From: Candidatus Caldarchaeum sp.
GTDB lineage: Archaea > Thermoproteota > Nitrososphaeria_A > Caldarchaeales > Caldarchaeaceae
Assembly: GCA_038844785.1 (NCBI GenBank)
Contig: JAWBRA010000004.1
Location: 1,496-65,495 of the forward strand
Length of the DNA stretch: 64,000 bases
Reading direction: 5' to 3'
In this document: positions 36,328-47,240 of the stretch, in pieces
Layout: each line of letters opens with the position of its first letter
Position numbering within the stretch: position 1 is the stretch's first letter
Made by a program: the position numbers and the translations under genes
Notes under the pieces: model-generated
Database searches by the model: none
What the model saw: the letters and a program-made list of their open reading frames with translations, nothing else
Told to the model about the DNA's origin: nothing

Positions 36328-36772
36328 AGTCGACGATCTTGATAAAAAGATTCTATCAATACTCTACGAGGACGGTAGGGCTTCTTTCGCGGAGATAGGT
36401 AGAAGGCTTGGAGTAAGCGAAAACACCGTTCGTTTTCGTTTCAACCGGATGGTGAAAAACGGCGTGATAAGAAGAGTGACAGCATTGACCGACCATGCAA
36501 AGCTAGGGTTGAAAAACTCAGCGGCCTTGATGATTAAAATTGAACCATCCGGATTAGAAAACGTCCTTGAAGAGCTTAAATCCTTCAGGGAAGTTTACAA
36601 CATTTACCAGCTTTCAGGAGATTATGATGCGATAGCTGTTGTAATAGGCTACGACCTTAACCACGTTAGACAGGTCGTTGAGAGCATAAAGAAGATTAAA
36701 GGGGTTTTGTCGGTTAATACCTACGTTACGCTGAGGGTTGTCAAGGCTGACACCCGCTACGCTCTTGTGTAA
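36314..36772 (+). CDS. Lrp/AsnC-family transcriptional regulator
   Basis: LDKKILSILYEDGRASFAEIGRRLGVSENTVRFR HTH plus RAM domain. Confidence 0.8.
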   Translation: MKMAEVDDLDKKILSILYEDGRASFAEIGRRLGVSENTVRFRFNRMVKNGVIRRVTALTDHAKLGLKNSAALMIKIEPSGLENVLEELKSFREVYNIYQLSGDYDAIAVVIGYDLNHVRQVVESIKKIKGVLSVNTYVTLRVVKADTRYALV

Positions 36773-36796
36773 AATACAGTAATATCCCTCGATTGT

Positions 36797-37960
36797 GTGT
36801 TAAGCAGCATGGAACCTAAACCATATGCCATAGTTCTACAGCATGATAGGTATAGACGTGAGTGTCTGAACCTAATAGCCAGCGAGAATGTGCTAAGCCC
36901 TGCTGCCAAAAGGGCCCTAGCGTCAGACATGGCCTCTAGATACGGCTTCAGACCAGAGTTTTACTCGGGCACTAGTAAGATACATGAGATTTGGATGTTG
37001 GCTGAGGAGCTTGGGAAGCAGGTTTTTAAAGCAGAGCACGTCAACGTCACACCTCTCTCAGGACACGTTGCCTTGATGACCTGTCTATATGTTTTGTGTG
37101 GAAAAAATGGAAAGATAGCCTGCGTAGACCCTTCAGCTGGTGGTTACCCTGGTCTTTTGCCCGACAAGATTCCGGAAATCTACGGATGTAGGGTTGTAAA
37201 CATCCCCTATGCCGACGTACATGTTAAAGCCGAAGAAGCCTTGAGCATACTGGACCGCGAAAAGCCTGATGTGGTTGTACTTGGGGCGAGCCTGTTTTTG
37301 TATCCCATTCCCGTCAGGGAGATTTCTGAATTCGTTCACTCCTACGGCGGACGCGTGGTATACGATGGTTCCCACGTGCTAGGACTAATAGCGGGCGGAG
37401 TTTTTCAAAAGCCTCTCGAAGAAGGGGCCGACGTGCTGCTAGGTTCTACACATAAATCTTTCTTCGGACCACAAGGAGGCATAATCCTAACAAACGACGA
37501 AAAAATTGCAAAACAGGTTGACGTCTCCACTTTCCACAAGTTTGTCGACAACATACACTTCAACAGGGTTGCAGCGCTTGCCGTTGCTCTTGACGAGATG
37601 AAAAGAAATGGACGCAGGTATGCTGAGAAAGTTGTGTCAAACTCCGCTGAGCTGGCCCGTTCTCTTGAAAACAACGGTCTTAATCCCTTTAAAACAGTTC
37701 ATGGATACACTAAATCTCATCAAGTATACCTGCCTTTTAAGGAAGATGAGGCTGTTAAAGTTAGGGACGTTCTTGAACGGTCGCGAATACTGGTGGACAT
37801 GGGGGTTAGGGTTGGAACAGCTGAAGTGACGAGAAGAGGTATGGGGCTTAAACAGATGTCAGCGATTGCAAAGCTCTTCAGAAGGGCTTTGAACGGTGAA
37901 AAAGTCGCCGCTGAAGCACGAAGCCTCGCTCTACGTTTCATCGATGTTAAGTTCACGTAG
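36797..37960 (+). CDS. glyA: serine hydroxymethyltransferase-family PLP enzyme (short archaeal form)
   Basis: LIASEN, VNVTPLSGHVA, STHKSFFGPQGG (THKTLRGPRGG-like) motifs. Confidence 0.6.
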   Translation: MLSSMEPKPYAIVLQHDRYRRECLNLIASENVLSPAAKRALASDMASRYGFRPEFYSGTSKIHEIWMLAEELGKQVFKAEHVNVTPLSGHVALMTCLYVLCGKNGKIACVDPSAGGYPGLLPDKIPEIYGCRVVNIPYADVHVKAEEALSILDREKPDVVVLGASLFLYPIPVREISEFVHSYGGRVVYDGSHVLGLIAGGVFQKPLEEGADVLLGSTHKSFFGPQGGIILTNDEKIAKQVDVSTFHKFVDNIHFNRVAALAVALDEMKRNGRRYAEKVVSNSAELARSLENNGLNPFKTVHGYTKSHQVYLPFKEDEAVKVRDVLERSRILVDMGVRVGTAEVTRRGMGLKQMSAIAKLFRRALNGEKVAAEARSLALRFIDVKFT

Positions 37961-37969
37961 GCGGGCGGT

Positions 37970-38935
37970 TTGAAGGCACGGGCCACAGCCCACACCATGG
38001 AGGGCTTAATCAAATACCACGGACTTAAGGACTGGAGTCTCAGAATACCCTACCACGACAGTATATCTGTAAACCTAGATGCTTTCACAACAGTAACTGA
38101 AGTTGAGTTCGGTGATTTTGGAGAGGATGCTGCTTTCATTGACAACGTGGCTGTTTCGGGTAGAGAGTTTGAAAGAATACGTCAATTGGTTGACCATGTG
38201 AAGAAACTCGCCGACATCTCCGAGAACTTCAGAGTTGTTTCCTTCAACTCTATACCTAAGGGGAGGTTTAAGGGATTGGGTTTTTCTTCCTCGGCGGGCG
38301 CGGCCTTGGCAGCAGCAGCCTACAAAGCATCTGGCCTGCATAAAATCTATGGATGGGACATGCGTCTTGTCTCGAGAATAGCTAGAAGGCTGGCCGGCTC
38401 AGCTTGCAGAAGCGTTGTGGGGAAGTATGCTAGATGGTTTGCGGGAACTTCGGACGAAGACTCTTACGCTGTTTGCTTTGCCGATGAGAAAGACCTTCCG
38501 CTCAAGGTTGTTGTTGTACCTCTTTCGTCAAAATACTCGACGGAAGAGGCTCACAGGGAAGCCGAGCTATCCACCTTTTTCGAGGCAAGGTTGAAAAACG
38601 CCAGCCTTAGATGCGACGTTATGGAGAGGGCCATCAGGGAGGGTGATTTCAAAACATTTGGCGAGCTCAAGGAGCTCGACGCAATAGAGCTCCATGCAGT
38701 CACTGCTACTGGTCCAAAAAGACTCATACTCGCTACAGACGAGAGCCTGAGGGTAATCTCTGAAGTCCGACGGCTGAGAGAGGAGGGGGTGGAGTGCTAT
38801 TTTTCGATGCAGACCGGGCCGACGGTCTTCATAAACGTACATCCAGAAGACTCTGGCTACGTTTTCGGCATGGTTGAGGACCTTGGGTTCAAGCCCATTC
38901 TCTCAGGGGTGGGCGGCCCCGTCAGAGTTGAGTGA
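37970..38935 (+). CDS. GHMP-kinase superfamily mevalonate-pathway decarboxylase (diphospho-/phosphomevalonate decarboxylase-like)
   Basis: EGLIKYHG (KYWGK-like) and GLGFSSSAGAALAAAA GHMP motif. Confidence 0.55.
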   Translation: MKARATAHTMEGLIKYHGLKDWSLRIPYHDSISVNLDAFTTVTEVEFGDFGEDAAFIDNVAVSGREFERIRQLVDHVKKLADISENFRVVSFNSIPKGRFKGLGFSSSAGAALAAAAYKASGLHKIYGWDMRLVSRIARRLAGSACRSVVGKYARWFAGTSDEDSYAVCFADEKDLPLKVVVVPLSSKYSTEEAHREAELSTFFEARLKNASLRCDVMERAIREGDFKTFGELKELDAIELHAVTATGPKRLILATDESLRVISEVRRLREEGVECYFSMQTGPTVFINVHPEDSGYVFGMVEDLGFKPILSGVGGPVRVE

Positions 38936-38973
38936 AGTTATTAAGCAGCTTTAACGTTATATGCGGTGCAAAA

Positions 38974-39141
38974 ATGGTTGAAATATCCGAGGAAGACATA
39001 CCGTTCTTCGCAGAGGTAACAGCAGGGGGAAGGATAACAATCCCTGAGGAGATTAGGAAAATCTTCGAGATAAAGGACGGCGACTCGCTGCTGTGCAGGA
39101 TAAGAATCGTCAAGAGGAAAATACAGCACGCCACCACATAA
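38974..39141 (+). CDS. AbrB/SpoVT/MazE-type swapped-hairpin DNA-binding protein
   Basis: GGRITIPEEIRKIFEIKDGDSL motif; start at MVEIS (38974). Confidence 0.5.
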   Translation: MVEISEEDIPFFAEVTAGGRITIPEEIRKIFEIKDGDSLLCRIRIVKRKIQHATT

Positions 39142-39150
39142 CCCTGGCCT

Positions 39151-39426
39151 TCACAGCCTTAGACCGAAAACTGCGGCAAACCTCTCAAAACGTCTGAACT
39201 CGGAGAGATAGCTCAACCCTTTCTCAGTTATTGTGTACAGGGTTTCAGACTCACCTGTTTTCTCTACCAAGCCTTTCTCCAAAAGTATGTTCAGGTATTT
39301 GACAAGCCTGTCGTAGGAGAGGTTGGCGTCCGTCATAATTTTAGTTGGTCTCGCATATTTTTGTGAGGCGATTGACTCCAGTATGTCGGCGTATATTCTA
39401 GCCTTAGAACGATAGTCTTTCACCAT
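39151..39426 (-). CDS. small winged-helix transcription regulator
   Basis: ARIYADILESI...LSYDRLVKYLNILLEKGLVEK wHTH; internal Met start preferred. Confidence 0.4.
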   Translation of the reverse strand: MVKDYRSKARIYADILESIASQKYARPTKIMTDANLSYDRLVKYLNILLEKGLVEKTGESETLYTITEKGLSYLSEFRRFERFAAVFGLRL

Positions 39427-40036
39427 GCATGAGCACCAGTAACACAGCTGTGAGGAAGAAAGCCAGCGAGACCATCTGGACAAAATGAGCCACCAGATAC
39501 AACAGGATCGATAAAGGCGTCAGCAAGAAGAGTAGATGGCTTACCAAAAGCAGCGAGAATGCTATCAAAACATAGCTCGAACGGTTTTCGCCAGAGACCT
39601 TTAGTAGCTGGTAAACGACGAACATCAGCATGACGGCCGAAAGAGCTTCGAAGAGAGGGTTGTATATGAAAGATACTGGAGCCAGTAGAGCCGCTCCACT
39701 ATTTTTCTTCAAAGGATAGGCTGCGTAAAGATAGAGAAACACAACGTAAGCGCTGAGCCTCACAACCGAGTAAACAAACTCCTGAACCTGAAGGAGTAGG
39801 AGTGGAAGTAAACGCAGCGGCGGTGTTGGGGTAGATGCCGTAAAAGCCCAGCTTACCAAGATGACACGAGCTATCATTGCCGCTGCCATCAGATAGAAAC
39901 CGAGTGAAAAAAGAAAAAGAGACCTAGCTCCAACTCTACGCCATGCTAGGAAGGCTATAGACGCTATCATGAAGCTGAATACGAAGCTTACAGCCTCGAA
40001 CACAATATCCAGTCTTAACAGTGTTGGAACTATCAA
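39404..40036 (-). CDS. polytopic integral membrane protein (6-7 TM), unknown function
   Basis: Strongly hydrophobic translation; upstream of the wHTH gene. Confidence 0.45.
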   Translation of the reverse strand: MIVPTLLRLDIVFEAVSFVFSFMIASIAFLAWRRVGARSLFLFSLGFYLMAAAMIARVILVSWAFTASTPTPPLRLLPLLLLQVQEFVYSVVRLSAYVVFLYLYAAYPLKKNSGAALLAPVSFIYNPLFEALSAVMLMFVVYQLLKVSGENRSSYVLIAFSLLLVSHLLFLLTPLSILLYLVAHFVQMVSLAFFLTAVLLVLMHGERLSF

Positions 40037-40078
40037 CCCATGATCTTGAACTGCAAAGAAAATAAATAGGTGTGGGTT

Positions 40079-40570
40079 TTAGGCTGTGGGAGTTGAGAGG
40101 AGATTCTGGGGAAGAATGGCTGAAGCCTCGACACCAGTTGACAGGTCTGATATGCTTTTGAGTATGCGCGCTGTGGTGATGACTCCGCTTGGCCTGGTCA
40201 CCGTTATGCTGAGAACAGTGGCTCTAATTCTGTCGCCTATGTTTAGGCTGTCGTCGGCGAAAAGCTTGAACCAAGTCTTTCTCTGTCCTTGCACTGTCCA
40301 GTGATGCGGCGCAGCCAGCCTTACCTCTCCGTTGTTTGTGTTGACAACCAAGTAGCCCCAGTCAGCGTCAACTATAACGCCTTCCACGGCATCCTCAGAC
40401 GTTGTCACTCGGGTGTAGTTATGCCAAAAACCACCGCCTCCCCTTCCCCATCCCCATCGATGTAGCGGGCCCATGGCATTGGAGGCTGCCAAAGCGTTGA
40501 CAGCTGCTAACCCAGCCACCAACGCCGCCAAGGATGCCAGCAAAACCGTTGCAGCGACCATTCTTTTCAT
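40079..40570 (-). CDS. secreted hypothetical protein with N-terminal signal peptide and Gly-rich segment
   Basis: MKRMVAATVLLASLAALVAGLAAVNA signal-like N-terminus. Confidence 0.4.
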   Translation of the reverse strand: MKRMVAATVLLASLAALVAGLAAVNALAASNAMGPLHRWGWGRGGGGFWHNYTRVTTSEDAVEGVIVDADWGYLVVNTNNGEVRLAAPHHWTVQGQRKTWFKLFADDSLNIGDRIRATVLSITVTRPSGVITTARILKSISDLSTGVEASAILPQNLLSTPTA

Positions 40571-40913
40571 GACTCCCCAGTATGGGATGCCTGTTCTCAG
40601 CATATATATGCGATGTATGAAAGGTCTATGCCAAACCTTTTCTAGAGATTTTCACACGCCAGAACCCATCATACCTGATAACGACGGAGTCCTAGCGGTT
40701 CGCAGACGAGAGTATGGAGGTCTTGGCTGTGGATTCAACGTCTGTTATTATCTCCGCAACATCATCTTGCCCCATCTTCTCCGAGAGCTTTCTCGTCTCA
40801 ACCATGGAGTACGGACATATCCGACCCCGTGTATCCAGAGTGACGGATGGCTGCGTCTCGAGAAGTCAGCGCGAGTTCTGGGTGCGCATGATTTCGACAC
40901 GCAATCCCCTTAC

Positions 40914-41263
40914 CTAAATGAATATTACGATACCTCCGTTTTTCGCCGCGGGCAGGGCCTGTTTTAAGAACAAGCCTAGATCTTCCAAGCCTACGCCATC
41001 CTCAACAGTTTCTGCCGTTATGCCTTCTTTTGTAAGCACATCTCTTGATACAGCGCATGCAAAAACCTTGTCGCCAAGTTTTAAGGCGTCCCGCAAAACT
41101 TTGTCAAACGGCGGTAACCCGGCGGCTGTAAGTTGGCCGCCTTTCGGAGAATGTTCAAGGCCCTCTGGCTATAGTATATCTGTGCCTTCAAACCTATGGA
41201 CGCAACACCCATCGCGAGCTGGAATGCTGGATAGACGCGCGGGGGCTCGTCGCTCACCAACAC
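40914..41263 (-). pseudogene. DsrE/DsrF/TusD-family protein split by a single frameshift near 41105-41120
   Basis: Frame 1 gives MLVSDEPPRVYPAFQLAMGVASIGLKAQIYY... Frame 2 gives ...LTAAGLPPFDKVLRDALKLGDKVFACAVSRDVL...GGIVIFI. Together they form a typical 115-aa DsrE-like protein. Confidence 0.5.
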
Positions 41264-41340
41264 TGTGTGAGCCTCTACTGGCTCATTGCTTTAGGCTGGT
41301 ATAAGCCCATGTTTATATTTAGAAAATTTTCGTTTGATGT

Positions 41341-42315
<975 letters not shown>

Positions 42316-44271
42316 TCACCCCCCGCTCCTCTTAACTATCCTAGGGCTGCCCCGAATCACTGCTTCCTTCAACCCGTCTCTCATCTCCGAGAAAGAGAAA
42401 GGCCTGCCGTTGTACTTGCATATTAGGTGGTCTACTTGATATCCTGTTCGGGCTCTCAGTAACGTGGCCAGCTGTCCCGTGTAGTTCTGCTCGACGCAGA
42501 TGACTTTTCTGTATGAGGAGATTAGGTTTTGCATGAACCTTGTGGGGAACGGGTTTAGAACTTTTATCTGGGCGAAGGCGAACCTCAGCCCCTCAGTCTG
42601 AAGATACTCTAAAGCATCCAGTATAGCTCCCTTGGTGGACCCCCAGCTTATCACTAGGTATGGAGCGTCGTGGTCCCCGTATATGGCAACTCTCTCGCTG
42701 TCAGGGATTTCTGCATCAGCTATCTCAATCTTTCTCATCCTCTTCTCCATCATTCTATCCCTGGTCGAAGGTTCTTCGCTTATGTGGCCGAACTCATCGT
42801 GCTCGTCGCCTGTGTTCCAGAAAATTCCGTTCTCAGTGCCTAAAACAGTGCGTGGTGATATGCCGTCCTCAGTAAATTTGAAACGTTTGTAGAGCCCGAG
42901 GGAGCTGTCCCAAGAGGTGAGTATCTTCCCACGGTCTATCAGGACTTTACTGGTGTCAAACACGTCGACTGTCATAGTGCTGTTCGCCAGAGCCTTGTCA
43001 AGGATGTGGATTACAGGTGTTTGATATCTTTCGGCGTAGTTGAACGCCTTTGCCACATCGTAGAAAGCTTCCTCTATGTCCCCCGAGGCCAAGACTATTC
43101 TGGGAAACTCTCCGTGTCCGCCGAAGATCGAGAAGAGTAGCTCTCCCTGCTCGTGTCTGGTCGGGAGACCTGTGCTCGGCCCGCCCCTTTGGTAGAGGGT
43201 GATGACTATAGGCACTTCATTCATCCCAGCCCATCCAATACCTTCAACCATGAGGTCGAACCCTGGACCAGAGGTTGCGGTGGAAGCTCGAACCCCAGCC
43301 AAGGCCGCTCCCGATATCATGTTTACAGCAGCTATTTCGTCCTCGCTCTGGACCACCACAATGGAGCCATGTCCGTTAAGAACCTCAGCCTCCTCGAGAT
43401 GTGGAAACTCGTTCCTGAGGTTGAAAACTTGATGGTCCTCAAGGTAAACGCTTTCATCGGCTGCCGGCGTGATGGGGTAGTATGTCTGGAATCTACATCC
43501 AGCCACAATTTTTCCAAGAGCGACGGCGGAGGTTCCGGAGATAAACAGCATTGGTTTTTTCTGTAGTGGTTGGACACGGTATGGGAAGTCCGGTGGAAAT
43601 GTTTTCTGAGCGAATTCCGTCGCTACCTCGGCGGCGGTTAGATTGTATTTCACCACTTTCGCCTTGGCTTTGAAAACCTGCGCCAGCGCCGTCTCAAGAT
43701 GGGTCAACGGTATGTTAAGCAAATGGAGGGAAACACCAACGGCTATTGTGTTTGTCATTCTTGCGAGAGCGCTGAGCTGTTTCTCACCCGTCAGCCCGCC
43801 AACCTTCTTAAGAAGTTCCATGTACGGTATTGGGTACAGTCTTACGCCGTTCCGACGCGCCACCTCCAAAACATCTCCAACTGTTTCACCCAGCTGTTCC
43901 CGTGTAAGTCTGGCTTGAACCCTTTCGAGAACGTTTTTCTCCAAAGTGGGGATTGAAGTTATTTTCTCGTTGACGGCCATCGAATCATAGATTATGCCGC
44001 CACCCCCAACCACCTCCCACGCATGCCTTATGATGGTTTCAGAGTCGAATGTGGCTAGAAGATGAACCTCATCCATGTGAGATCGAACCGGTTTGTCGGA
44101 GATGACGACGGAAAAATAGCTATGCTCACCTTTTATGTTTGAGTAATATTCTCTTTTTCCGAAAACATACAGGCCGTAGATGGCTGCTGCTCGGGCGAAT
44201 ACGTTCGCGGACGAGTCCACACCGGAGCCCTGCGCACCTCCTATCATCCAAGAAATTTTTGTATTAGCCAT
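42316..44271 (-). CDS. korA: 2-oxoacid:ferredoxin oxidoreductase alpha subunit (fused alpha/gamma, Sulfolobus-type two-subunit OFOR)
   Basis: 651 aa; N-terminal gamma-like domain and PFOR domain I/II motifs; directly upstream of the beta subunit. Confidence 0.8.
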   Translation of the reverse strand: MANTKISWMIGGAQGSGVDSSANVFARAAAIYGLYVFGKREYYSNIKGEHSYFSVVISDKPVRSHMDEVHLLATFDSETIIRHAWEVVGGGGIIYDSMAVNEKITSIPTLEKNVLERVQARLTREQLGETVGDVLEVARRNGVRLYPIPYMELLKKVGGLTGEKQLSALARMTNTIAVGVSLHLLNIPLTHLETALAQVFKAKAKVVKYNLTAAEVATEFAQKTFPPDFPYRVQPLQKKPMLFISGTSAVALGKIVAGCRFQTYYPITPAADESVYLEDHQVFNLRNEFPHLEEAEVLNGHGSIVVVQSEDEIAAVNMISGAALAGVRASTATSGPGFDLMVEGIGWAGMNEVPIVITLYQRGGPSTGLPTRHEQGELLFSIFGGHGEFPRIVLASGDIEEAFYDVAKAFNYAERYQTPVIHILDKALANSTMTVDVFDTSKVLIDRGKILTSWDSSLGLYKRFKFTEDGISPRTVLGTENGIFWNTGDEHDEFGHISEEPSTRDRMMEKRMRKIEIADAEIPDSERVAIYGDHDAPYLVISWGSTKGAILDALEYLQTEGLRFAFAQIKVLNPFPTRFMQNLISSYRKVICVEQNYTGQLATLLRARTGYQVDHLICKYNGRPFSFSEMRDGLKEAVIRGSPRIVKRSGG

Positions 44272-44335
44272 TCTTGGCCTATGGGAATCGTTGCTTTATT
44301 TAACTGTGTTTAAAAAACAAAGAATTTTAGTCTTG

Positions 44336-44914
44336 TCACTCCACCTTGATTCTCTCGCCCTTAGGTTTGGTGGTTTCCTTCTTAGGAAGGGTAACGCTGA
44401 GAACTCCGTTGTTGTATTCGGCTTTAACCCCCGTGCTCTCAACTTCAGCGGGCAGCTCCAACTCCTTGTAGTATTTTCTCTCAGCCGTGTCAACCCTTAT
44501 CGTAAGCCTCCTATCCTCAAGCAATAGCTCAATATCCTCCTTCCTAACTCCAGGCAGTTCCGCAACAACCTTAACAGTCTTGTCCTCGTCTATAATGTCT
44601 ACCAATGGCTCTCGCTCCGCCCTGACTTCAACCCCTTTAGGCAGGGCAGAAGGCAGTATGTTTCCGAACTGTCTGAACACAGGTTTTCCGTCGGGGCCTA
44701 TAGTGATGGAGTAACCGTACACAAAAGGCCCGTACTGTCTTCTCACACCTGTTGGTGTTCTGGTCTCTCTCACCAGCTCTCTCGGTATGTAGTCCATCAT
44801 CCTTCTCAGCTCCTCCATAAACTCCCTCTGCATTTCCTCTATCATAGACTCGAACTCTTCAAAGAAGCTTGCCGGCCTTCTTTTCCTTCTGCTAAACCAC
44901 CATTCGTCTGACAT
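44336..44914 (-). CDS. small heat-shock protein (Hsp20/alpha-crystallin)
   Basis: Alpha-crystallin domain (VKVVAELPGVRKEDIEL...AEYNNGVLSVTLPK). Confidence 0.85.
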   Translation of the reverse strand: MSDEWWFSRRKRRPASFFEEFESMIEEMQREFMEELRRMMDYIPRELVRETRTPTGVRRQYGPFVYGYSITIGPDGKPVFRQFGNILPSALPKGVEVRAEREPLVDIIDEDKTVKVVAELPGVRKEDIELLLEDRRLTIRVDTAERKYYKELELPAEVESTGVKAEYNNGVLSVTLPKKETTKPKGERIKVE

Positions 44915-44953
44915 CGGTTATACTAGCGTAAAAGTTGTATAAAACGTTTAACG

Positions 44954-46120
44954 GTGAACAAAGTGATGACGGATTTCTTTCAAGTCTTCACCACGACGCT
45001 AGCCTTGTTGTTTGTCATCGTATGGGCAGCTATATTTTGGGCAAAGCTTAGGATATCTCGTGTGGTTGAAAAAATCTGCCGCTATCCATCTGAGCCTGTA
45101 CAAGACAAAGTTTCTATAATCATACCCGTGAGAAACGAGGAGAAGACGATCAAAAAATGTATTGAATCGCTGTTGTCCCAGAAGGGTTTTTCGAAAGAGA
45201 TTATAGTTGTTGACGACAATTCGACAGACTCGACATGGGAGGTGGCTAAAACATTCATTGCTGAGGGTGTCAAACTAGTTAGAGTTGGTGACCTGCCTGC
45301 TGGATGGGTTGGAAAAACATGGGCCTGCAACGTCGGGTATGAAAACTCAACAGGTGAATGGCTTCTTTTCACCGATGCGGATACAGAGTTTTCCGATGAT
45401 GTGGTGGTACGGGCCTTAAATGCTGCGAAAAGCTTGAGCGTCGACATGCTCACGTTTTATCCACGTTTAAGGTTCAGCAGTCTTCTCCACAAGACAGTGA
45501 TGCCCATACTTTTGACCGGGTTGTACTTTACGGGTAGGCCGCATGTTTTTTCAAAAGGGAGGTCGGCCTTCGCTTTCGGCAGCTTTATGCTCATAAGAAG
45601 ACAGGGTTACGAGAGGATAGGAGGGCATTCAGCGGTCAGAAACGCTGTCCTAGAAGACCGGGCTATAGCTGTTAGGGCTATGAAAACCGGGCTGCGTGCA
45701 TACTTTATCGACGCTACTGAAAAGCTTACTACTTCATGGAACGATGACTCCAGATCGTTGTGGAACGGTATGTTAAGGCTCTTCATACCTCTGTTTCTTA
45801 ATGCAGATTTGAAGCAGTTTCTGGTCTACTTTTCTCTGGCCGCAGCATGCTTTACGATTCCGTTGTCCGTTTTCCTGATGGGAAACTATTTGGCTGGGTT
45901 TGTCAGCTATGCTGCGGCTGTGCTGGTTCTCGGCCATGAAGCAAGACATCATTCGGCATCTGTCTGCCATGGTTTGCTCTGGCCACTGGGTGTAGCTGCT
46001 GTGGCGGCGGCCTTGCTAGTCGCATTCTATAAGTCGAGGACGAGACCCACGGTTAGCTGGCGAGGTAGAAAATACTTTGTAGAAATGGGCGAGCTCCACG
46101 AGGTTGCTACCGTTTGCTGA
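44954..46120 (+). CDS. family-2 glycosyltransferase with N- and C-terminal TM segments
   Basis: VSIIIPVRNEE...IIVVDDNSTDST DxD-type GT2 motifs. Confidence 0.7.
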   Translation: MNKVMTDFFQVFTTTLALLFVIVWAAIFWAKLRISRVVEKICRYPSEPVQDKVSIIIPVRNEEKTIKKCIESLLSQKGFSKEIIVVDDNSTDSTWEVAKTFIAEGVKLVRVGDLPAGWVGKTWACNVGYENSTGEWLLFTDADTEFSDDVVVRALNAAKSLSVDMLTFYPRLRFSSLLHKTVMPILLTGLYFTGRPHVFSKGRSAFAFGSFMLIRRQGYERIGGHSAVRNAVLEDRAIAVRAMKTGLRAYFIDATEKLTTSWNDDSRSLWNGMLRLFIPLFLNADLKQFLVYFSLAAACFTIPLSVFLMGNYLAGFVSYAAAVLVLGHEARHHSASVCHGLLWPLGVAAVAAALLVAFYKSRTRPTVSWRGRKYFVEMGELHEVATVC

Positions 46121-47075
46121 AGTAAATAATGCTTTCACGAGTCTCACCTATTTTCACTACTCTTCTGGTTGTGGCAGCCCTTTTACTAACAGCCACTATC
46201 CTGTCTACGGTCAACCCGACATCCTCAGCGATTTTAGCTGTCTCAACATCTGTTTCCACAACTTTGTCGGGAAAAACTCCTCCCCCGACGACCATCACAC
46301 CCTTTCCCCCCGGTTTGAGAACCCTGTTGATTTCAGCCAACGCCCTCTTCATGTCCTCGAAATAAAGAAAGGCCGCTGGAGGAAGGTCTCCGGAATACTC
46401 TGAATAGTTGATTTCTCTAGGCCTGACCCCTATGTAGGAACGCATGGATGGATGGCCTTCCCCCGAAAAGAAAAGCTCGTATTCGGGCCAGTAGCACTTG
46501 GTATACTCGATTTTGTTAAGATAGGGAGGTGAAGTGATTACGGCGTCAACTGTCTCATCCTCTAAGAAGCTTAAATCTCTGGCATCCCCTAACCTGACCT
46601 CCGCCGTCACATTCTTCAGAGGCATAGCTTCCACGTCTTTTATCATCATGTTGCACACCCTTCTCAAGGCCTTTCTCAACGACGGTATTCTAGGCTTGTC
46701 CCTCACCACTTTGACCACGGCCCCATCCCTATAGATGTAGGATGATCTTTCGGCGGCGGTGATTAAGGCTAGGGTGAAAAACCTTCGGTATTTTTCGTCC
46801 TCCACAGTCTGAAGCACTTTTTTGAAGAAAAAGATGTCTTCGAGGACGGGTTTTGGGAAAAGTTTTTTCAGAAAAGGCTGAACGACATATTTCTGCGGCT
46901 GAAACCTTTCACCAAGTATCCTGTCCCTTAGACTCCTGAGCAGGGCTACGTTGTAGTCCTGGATTTTGACGTCAGCTATGAATTGGAAGAGGGGTGAAAC
47001 CTCCACCCCCACAGAAGGAATTCCAACCTCACGGCAGGCCAGGCATGTTGTTCCAACACCCACGAACGGGTCCAA
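46107..47075 (-). CDS. (D/S)PPY-type amino-methyltransferase (DNA N6A/N4C MTase-like), TTG start, possibly 5'-truncated
   Basis: Motif I LDPFVGVGTT at the extreme N-terminus, motif IV VITSPPY about 155 aa later; no restriction endonuclease nearby. Confidence 0.5.
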   Translation of the reverse strand: MDPFVGVGTTCLACREVGIPSVGVEVSPLFQFIADVKIQDYNVALLRSLRDRILGERFQPQKYVVQPFLKKLFPKPVLEDIFFFKKVLQTVEDEKYRRFFTLALITAAERSSYIYRDGAVVKVVRDKPRIPSLRKALRRVCNMMIKDVEAMPLKNVTAEVRLGDARDLSFLEDETVDAVITSPPYLNKIEYTKCYWPEYELFFSGEGHPSMRSYIGVRPREINYSEYSGDLPPAAFLYFEDMKRALAEINRVLKPGGKGVMVVGGGVFPDKVVETDVETAKIAEDVGLTVDRIVAVSKRAATTRRVVKIGETRESIIYFSKR

Positions 47076-47240
47076 GACTATGTGTTTCTCTGAAAGGTTA
47101 AGCTGGGAGATAATTAGTTTGACGAAGGTGTGCGAAAAACCTTCTTTAAAGAAAAAACCATCTATGACGAGGTATGTTTCTGTTGGGCTTGAAGGTCACC
47201 AGAACGCCTAGATCATAACGTTCTTCAACCGTGAAAACTT

